A stretch of 64,000 nt of DNA, taken from a bacterium. GTDB taxonomy: Bacteria; Patescibacteriota; Saccharimonadia; Saccharimonadales; Saccharimonadaceae. The position numbers and the translations under genes are program-made. Below the pieces are notes generated by a model. That model did not search any database, was not told the DNA's origin, and saw only the letters and a list, made by a program, of their open reading frames with translations. Location: contig JAUMUX010000003.1 in the NCBI GenBank assembly GCA_030530485.1, forward strand, positions 13,685-77,684, read 5' to 3'. Shown here piece by piece: positions 58,250 to 64,000 of this stretch (positions are counted from its first letter, which is position 1; the number at the start of each line of letters is the position of its first letter).

Positions 58250-59701
58250 TTAAAAATTTGATAGGGCGTTTTTCAAGCGCTTTATGCTTTCGCGCTGGCC
58301 GATGACGCGCAAAGTTTGGTTGAGCGCGGGTGAAAATGGCGCCCACGTGAGGCAAATTCGAATCAACTGAAAGAGGATTCCTGGTTTTTGCCCAGTTTCC
58401 GCCAATAATTCATTGAGCGCATTTTGAATTTCGTCATCGTTCCAATTTTCTAAGTTTTCGAATTTCGAAATCGCCGCACGCAGAATTTCCGCCAGTTGCG
58501 TTTTTTCGAATTTCTTGAGTTGCTTATTTTTCGAAATCATTTCGAAATCGGCAGGCTGCTCAGCAAAGAAATATTCGCTCGCTATTGGCAAATCTTTGAG
58601 CGTTTTCAAGCGGTCAAACACCAAAGCAAGAACTTCTTTTCTAAATTCTGGCGTTGCTTTTTGGGCATTTTCGCCCCAAAAATTTTGCACTCTTTCAAAT
58701 AAATCGTCAAGTGAAATTCGACGAATCCACTGCCCGTTAAGCCACAAAAGTCGCTGCTCGTCAAATCGCGCACCCGATTTTTGCACGCGTTCCAACGAAA
58801 ACTTTTCAATCAATTCTTCTTTAGTGAAAATTTCTTGCTCGGTGCCGTCATTCCAGCCAAGCTGAGCCAAGAAATTCAACATCGCCTCGGGCAAAATTCC
58901 ATCTTCGCGATATTCACTCACGCTTTTCGCACCATCACGCTTGCCGAGTTTTTTGTTTCCTTCGGGCGCCAAAATATGCGGCAGATGTGCCAAAACAGGC
59001 GGCTCGATTTCTAAAGCTTCGTAAAGAGAAAGATATTTTGGCACGCTCGCCACATATTCCGAACCACGAATCACGTGGGTGATTCCCATTTCGAAATCAT
59101 CAACAATGTGCGCGAAATTGTAAGTGGGCAAGCCGTCCGCTTTTATCAAAATAAAGTCATCGAGCGCCTCCGCACCCGCCGAAAGCTCGCCCATCACGGC
59201 GTCGTGCCAAGTATAGCGCTTAATTTCTGGTGTTTTAAAGCGAAGCGGCATACCGATTTCCCATTTTGGCGGATTTTCTGGCCGATGGTCGCGATACAAG
59301 AAAGCCCGCTTTTCGGCTTTAGCCTGCTCGCGAAACGCCTGAACTTCTTCTGGCGAATATGGGTCAGCATAAGCCAAGCCTTTTTCGATGAGCTTTTGCG
59401 CCCAGTCTAAGTATTTTTCGCGGCGCTCAGTTTGGTGATACGGACCAAAATCGCCCTTTTCTTGCGTTTTTTCGCCGTAAATCGGACCTTCGTCCCAATC
59501 CAGTCCCAGCCATTTCAACGTTTCTAAAATCAAATCTTCCGCACCTTCAACAAACCGTGCTTGGTCGGTATCTTCAATCCGCAAAACAAACTTTCCGCCC
59601 GTCTGCTTGGCGATTAAATATGGGTAAAGCGCACTTCGAACATTACCAACGTGAATATATCCCGTTGGGCTTGGCGCAAATCGAGTTCTTGTATCTTTCA
59701 T
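58250..59701 (-). CDS. gltX: glutamate--tRNA ligase
   Basis: 483 aa; RFAPSPTGYIHVGN (HIGH class I), KLGKRDG (KMSKS-type), anticodon-binding domain. Confidence 0.9.
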   Translation of the reverse strand: MKDTRTRFAPSPTGYIHVGNVRSALYPYLIAKQTGGKFVLRIEDTDQARFVEGAEDLILETLKWLGLDWDEGPIYGEKTQEKGDFGPYHQTERREKYLDWAQKLIEKGLAYADPYSPEEVQAFREQAKAEKRAFLYRDHRPENPPKWEIGMPLRFKTPEIKRYTWHDAVMGELSAGAEALDDFILIKADGLPTYNFAHIVDDFEMGITHVIRGSEYVASVPKYLSLYEALEIEPPVLAHLPHILAPEGNKKLGKRDGAKSVSEYREDGILPEAMLNFLAQLGWNDGTEQEIFTKEELIEKFSLERVQKSGARFDEQRLLWLNGQWIRRISLDDLFERVQNFWGENAQKATPEFRKEVLALVFDRLKTLKDLPIASEYFFAEQPADFEMISKNKQLKKFEKTQLAEILRAAISKFENLENWNDDEIQNALNELLAETGQKPGILFQLIRICLTWAPFSPALNQTLRVIGQRESIKRLKNALSNF

Positions 59702-59752
59702 ATTATTTTATTATATCAGTAAAAAGCGCCAAAAACAACAATTTCGAAAAGC

Positions 59753-60781
59753 TTAAAAGCTCGCTGCGATTTTTCGAATATCTTCGGGCGAAAGCTTATT
59801 ACTACCGTTAATCGTGTAAAGCGTGCCGTTATTCACCCAAGCCGCTTCATTATTGCGATTTTTATATATTAAAAGCCCTTTTTCTTGATAAGTTGAATAA
59901 TCTTTGTCCCACTTATTTTGCACATAATTTTCGAGCAAAGCCACGCTGTCCCAAACGGTTTGCGCTTGCTTCACAGTGTAAGAATTGGCACCATCTGAAT
60001 AATCCAGATTCACTGTTTTGCCGTCAGAATAAGCCAAACCTTTCAGGCTATAACCCTGAGCAACATATTGTGGCAAAGTAGCGTCGACGCCAGATTGAGC
60101 CGCCGCGATGCGCATTGAAATATTCGAAGCGTTGGCGTAAACCAAATATCCGCAAGACAAAGCCAAAACTGCGCAGCTCGCGATGAAGCCCGCCATTCGT
60201 TTCGAAAACCAACTGCGCTTTCGAATTCCACGTTTTTTCTTGTTCGATTTTGCATCTTCACGCGATTTTTCCAGCGCCGCAGTAATCGCAGTTTCCTTAA
60301 TTTCTTGAGGCGAAAGCAAAACTCGCTCGGTTTTTTGCTGGCGCATTTTTTGGAGAGCTTTTTGGTGAATTTCATTCGCCTGAACTGGCGCGATAGGTTC
60401 GTCGTCGGTTTGTTTTGGCTGAAGCTTAGTATTTTGATTTTGCGAAATTGGAGAAATTACGCGTGCCGCCGAGCCACGCACACCTTCGAATTTCGAAATT
60501 TGCGCGTGAGTCGTCTCGCTACTTTTCGAAATTGCCATTTTGCGCGCTTCGATATAATTATGGCGCATTTTAAATTGTTCAATCGCATGATTTTGGCTTG
60601 AACTCAAATTTTCTGGCCGCTGCACAAAACGCCGATTTAGCGTCGACGAGCGCTGCAATGTATTATGTATATTTTCAGCAATATTTTGATTTACTTTTGG
60701 TGCTTCGCTTAACGCCTTGCCCGTTTCAGCATCATAACGAATGCCGTTTACCTCAATAATTTTACTCATTTTTCTCTCCAT
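59753..60781 (-). CDS. hypothetical single-pass membrane protein with extracellular C-terminal domain
   Basis: 342 aa; cytoplasmic N-terminus, TM helix MAGFIASCAVLALSCGYLVYA, about 140-aa extracytoplasmic domain. Confidence 0.35.
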   Translation of the reverse strand: MERKMSKIIEVNGIRYDAETGKALSEAPKVNQNIAENIHNTLQRSSTLNRRFVQRPENLSSSQNHAIEQFKMRHNYIEARKMAISKSSETTHAQISKFEGVRGSAARVISPISQNQNTKLQPKQTDDEPIAPVQANEIHQKALQKMRQQKTERVLLSPQEIKETAITAALEKSREDAKSNKKKRGIRKRSWFSKRMAGFIASCAVLALSCGYLVYANASNISMRIAAAQSGVDATLPQYVAQGYSLKGLAYSDGKTVNLDYSDGANSYTVKQAQTVWDSVALLENYVQNKWDKDYSTYQEKGLLIYKNRNNEAAWVNNGTLYTINGSNKLSPEDIRKIAASF

Positions 60782-60991
60782 TTAGCTTATGTATATCATA
60801 CCGCAAATGGTTATTTTTTGCAAGTTTTTTCTTTAGCTATTGACATTTTATCACTTTTATGCTAAAATATGGTTAGTCGGTTGAAAATTATAACTTAAAT
60901 TTCAACCAAGCACATTGAAAAGTTGGGGGTGTTTCTCCGCTTTAAGTGCTTGGTTTTCAAAAAATCAAAAACGAAAAAAGAGGAAAACACC

Positions 60992-61965
60992 ATGAAAAAA
61001 ATTATTACGCTTTTGGCGGTCGCTATGACCGCACTGTTGTTTGCTACCAATGTCCGTGCAGAAGACTATGGAACATTCTTAGATAGAGGTTTTGAAAAGA
61101 CTGGCATGAGCAATGCGTACTATATAGTTAGCTCCAGAAAGAACGACAAAGACGTTCGTTCGTTCTATCTAGATGCATCAAGGTCTCCGCTAAGCTCGTT
61201 CGTCAGTACGATAAAAATCTCCCTTAAACCAGGAGAGTCCTTCACTATTAACCCTAAACAAATTGAGGGTTATGCTAATACCGGGACTGCAACTATCGAA
61301 TCGTATAAAAATGGTGATAAGAACGACTACACAAGAAACGAAGTGCAGTTACCTCACACCATTAAGTATGAAGATCTGGAAGAATCTCAATACCAGGATA
61401 ACGATATTTCTGCGTCAGTGCGTATCCATAATTCTGTAATCGATAAAAATGCTGAACTCCAAGAAATCACAACAACTAATTTTCTTAATGAAGAGAGGTT
61501 TAGCTCTTATAACATTTATGCAATGGTTGGTAAAAAGCTACCTGTTGCGAAAAAAATGAACGGTTCAGAGTTTCAAGGTATTACGTTCATCTACGGAAGT
61601 AAAGAAACTAAGCTGTTCCATTCTAGCGTTTACAAAGAAGAGTTCTCTTCTTATGCTGTTAGAGCATACTATGGTAGCACTTCGATTGGCTATCTGGATG
61701 AACCTGTAGAGGAATCTGAAGACACTGGTTATTGGGAATTCCAGGCACTATTCAACCTGTAGCTAAATCTTCCGAAGAAGAAACGCAAGCTTCTTCTGAG
61801 GAGACTGAGACCGAAACTACGACCGAAGTCCAAGAATCAGAAGCTCGAGCCGCTGGCGAGCAAGTCGGCAGAGGCATCCTGACAACAATTGTTGTCTTTG
61901 GATTGTTACTCGTCGGGTTTATTGGTTCTTGCATCTTTGTCTTCATCAAGATTCGCAAAAAATAA
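60992..61965 (+). CDS. secreted surface protein with signal peptide and C-terminal TM anchor; reading frame apparently broken between 61720 and 61762
   Basis: ATG 60992 with AAGAGGAAAA RBS; signal peptide MKKIITLLAVAMTALLFATNVRA; ORF stops at 61762; E/T-rich linker, TM helix and KIRKK tail continue in another frame (open from 61720) with no own RBS; strong terminator after 61965; codon usage and TTCGAA content differ from the rest of the window. Confidence 0.4.
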
Positions 61966-61986
61966 TATTTTCACCCAACTTTAACT

Positions 61987-62018
61987 AAACCCCACACTTG
62001 GTGGGGTTTTTCTTTTTT
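61987..62018 (+). terminator. intrinsic terminator after the surface-protein gene
   Basis: 9-bp GC-rich stem aaaccccac/gtggggttt, 5-nt loop, T-run. Confidence 0.7.
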
Positions 62019-62019
62019 G

Positions 62020-62052
62020 AAAAAATCACCCCGAGCAGTTCGAGGTGATTTA
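62020..62052 (-). terminator. intrinsic terminator after eno
   Basis: imperfect stem aaatcaccccgag/ctcgaggtgattt, T-run on minus strand. Confidence 0.55.
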
Positions 62053-62069
62053 TTTTTCGAATTTCGAAA

Positions 62070-63347
62070 TTATTTTTCGAAAGGTCGCGCAAGCTCAAGT
62101 TCTGGGTTAGCTTCAGCAATTCGCATCAATTCGTTGTATTTTGCTACACGGTCGGTGCGCGAAAGCGAACCAGTCTTGATTTGACCACAGCCCAAACCAA
62201 CAGCCAAATGCGCAATCGTCACATCTTCGGTTTCGCCAGAACGGTGGCTCATCACGGTGTTGTAGCCGTTGTTTTGCGCCAATTTCACTGCTTCGATAGT
62301 TTCGGTCAAAGAACCGATTTGATTTGGCTTGATAAGAATCGCATTCGCTACGCCCAAATCGATTGATTTTTGTAGAAGTTTTGAATTTGTCACCATCAAA
62401 TCATCGCCAACCAATTGGATTTTTGCGCCAAGTTTTTCGGTCAAAATCTTCCAGCCATCCCAGTCGTTTTCTGCCAAGCCGTCTTCGATCGAAACGAATG
62501 GATATTTCGAAGTTAGATTTTCGTAAAATTCAATCATTTCTTCACTCGAAAGCACCGCATCGTTAGCTTTCAAATCGTATTTTTCTTCTTTATAAAATTC
62601 GCTCGAAGCTGGGTCTGATGCAAAGGCAATATCTTCGCCAAGTTTGTAGCCTGCATTTTCGATAGCTTTCGAAATCAGCTGAAGCGGTTCTTCGTTGCCA
62701 TTTTGCACTTTTGGCGCATAACCTCCTTCATCGCCCACAGTGGTTGGGTAATTTTCGTTTTTAAGCACTTTCGCCAAAGCGTGGAAGGTTTCCGCACCCA
62801 TCTGCACGGCTTCGAAAATAGTTTTCGCACCAACTGGCATAATCATATATTCCTGAATATCTGTTGCCCAACCAGCATGCGCGCCACCGTTCATCACGTT
62901 CATCATTGGAAGCGGAAGACTTGGTTTTGAACCAGTTTTTTCAGCGATATATTGCCAAAGTTCCACCCCTTTTGCATTCGCTACGGCTTTTGCGGCTGCA
63001 AGTGAAACCGCCAAAATTGCATTCGCGCCCAAAGTTGATTTATTTTCAGTGCCGTCAAGTTCAATCATAATTCGGTCGATTTCTTCTTGATTTTCAGCAT
63101 TTTTGCCGATAAGCGCTTCACGAATTTGATTATTTACCGCCGAAACAGCTTTTGTAACCGCTTTTCCGCCAAAAGCAGCGCCACCATCGCGAAGTTCAAG
63201 CGCTTCACCCGAGCCCGTCGAAGCTCCGCTCGGAACCGCCGCGCGACCCATAGCGCCGTTTTCTAAAATTACATCCGCTTCAACCGTTGGGTTGCCGCGA
63301 GAATCTAAAATTTGTCGTCCTTTGATTTCTTTGATTGTATATTCCAT
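62070..63347 (-). CDS. eno: enolase (phosphopyruvate hydratase)
   Basis: 425 aa; highly conserved enolase sequence incl. SHRSGETED and active-site Lys region [12 protein letters not shown]. Confidence 0.95.
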   Translation of the reverse strand: MEYTIKEIKGRQILDSRGNPTVEADVILENGAMGRAAVPSGASTGSGEALELRDGGAAFGGKAVTKAVSAVNNQIREALIGKNAENQEEIDRIMIELDGTENKSTLGANAILAVSLAAAKAVANAKGVELWQYIAEKTGSKPSLPLPMMNVMNGGAHAGWATDIQEYMIMPVGAKTIFEAVQMGAETFHALAKVLKNENYPTTVGDEGGYAPKVQNGNEEPLQLISKAIENAGYKLGEDIAFASDPASSEFYKEEKYDLKANDAVLSSEEMIEFYENLTSKYPFVSIEDGLAENDWDGWKILTEKLGAKIQLVGDDLMVTNSKLLQKSIDLGVANAILIKPNQIGSLTETIEAVKLAQNNGYNTVMSHRSGETEDVTIAHLAVGLGCGQIKTGSLSRTDRVAKYNELMRIAEANPELELARPFEK

Positions 63348-63416
63348 ATTTCTATTTTACGATTTTTTTCAAAAACGGTCAAGCTTGCGGGCGGCAAAAT
63401 AAAACTGGAGCCGCTT

Positions 63417-64000
63417 TTAGCTCCAGTCCCAAGTGAATAATCTTTCGAAAAATGTTTTCGAATTTCCAGCGAAAGTCGTGGCACTATTTTGTGCTTCGGA
63501 AGAGGAATCTTCAGCTGCTTTGGCGTTTGAAACATCTGGCGAAACCTGCTCGGCGAACACCAGCAATCGCTTCTGGGCGGTTCCCAGCGGCGTGCAGGTG
63601 ATTAGCGTCATCCAAGCTTTGTCGTTACCTTTCACCACCTTCGAAACTTCCGTCGGCAAAACCACTTCTTTCGAACGCACCACGTAAGAATATCTCACGC
63701 CTTTGTAATTAGCGTAAAAAATATCGCCTTCTTCAAGTTTTTCGAGCTGGGCAAAAATGAATTTATAATCACCACCATCAAACAAATCGTTGCTCGAATG
63801 TCCGCTCAAAACCGTATTACCGAGCTGCCCCGGCACGCTATTTGCGCCAGCAATCGAGAAATGCGCCACGCCCTTTTCCATCGCCGCTAATTGCGAAGCT
63901 TGGTCTGCGCCAACACCATAAACCACCGGCACATCGACGTTAATTTTCGGAATAATCAGCCGCGATTCATCACCAACCGCAACGGTTGAATTCGGCGTTT
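63417..64000 (-). CDS. sortase (partial; N-terminus beyond window edge)
   Basis: TLITC catalytic Cys motif, LSGH His motif, conserved Arg; ORF remains open to the window end. Confidence 0.7.
   Translation of the reverse strand, partial: TPNSTVAVGDESRLIIPKINVDVPVVYGVGADQASQLAAMEKGVAHFSIAGANSVPGQLGNTVLSGHSSNDLFDGGDYKFIFAQLEKLEEGDIFYANYKGVRYSYVVRSKEVVLPTEVSKVVKGNDKAWMTLITCTPLGTAQKRLLVFAEQVSPDVSNAKAAEDSSSEAQNSATTFAGNSKTFFERLFTWDWS

Noticed and set aside
61752-61958. 68-aa minus-strand ORF overlapping the C-terminal anchor region of the surface-protein gene
   Set aside because: It is antisense to a coding segment that has a typical linker-TM-basic-tail architecture and a downstream terminator. 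It has no RBS.
61900-61965. Sortase sorting signal (LPXTG) in the C-terminal anchor of the surface protein
   Set aside because: The residues preceding the hydrophobic helix (…EARAAGEQVGRG) contain no LPXTG-like pentapeptide. I therefore do not call it a sortase substrate, despite the nearby sortase gene.
1-64000. Possible CRISPR array suggested by the many short repeated TTTCGAAA copies
   Set aside because: The copies are only 6-8 bp long, irregularly spaced and dispersed through genes. There is no repeat-spacer periodicity and no cas genes.

Overview
This 64 kb window looks like a gene-dense chromosomal stretch of a reduced-genome, Gram-positive-like bacterium; the gene content suggests a CPR/Saccharibacteria-like epibiont, but that is inference and no database search was possible. 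Most genes are recognisable housekeeping functions on the minus strand. Protein synthesis: tig, rpsL-rpsG, rplS, tyrS, gltX, gatCAB, one tRNA-Leu(UAG). Nucleic acid metabolism: recG, uvrB, radA, ogt, RNase J, nusA, relA/spoT, and an RNase HII-YraN fusion. Carbon and nucleotide metabolism: eno, gap, rpiB, rpe, a PfkB kinase, a LOG-like protein, ppa, phosphoglucomutase, a GalU-like nucleotidyltransferase. Envelope: PBP1A, MurF-like ligase, pilB plus a pilin, and a sortase cut by the window edge. There is also an aminopeptidase N next to a COG0523 GTPase, two SpoU methyltransferases, and about 15 hypothetical or poorly characterised proteins. No transposase, integrase, CRISPR array or rRNA was seen. 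The strongest unexplained signal is the palindrome TTCGAA, usually as TTTCGAAA. It is hugely over-represented in coding, intergenic and terminator-loop DNA, except in three AT-rich segments that look foreign. Other items worth follow-up: a VTC / DUF4956 / beta-helix operon whose VTC gene is frameshifted in an A6 run; a membrane HEPN-like gene translationally wedged between gatA and gatB; a secreted surface-protein gene that is both compositionally foreign and frameshifted, near a sortase; a perfect 14-bp inverted repeat upstream of a hypothetical membrane protein; a nucleotide-to-pentose-phosphate salvage cluster with a secreted DUF1524 nuclease nearby; several small unannotated hydrophobic peptide genes; and a structured murF leader behind a consensus promoter.
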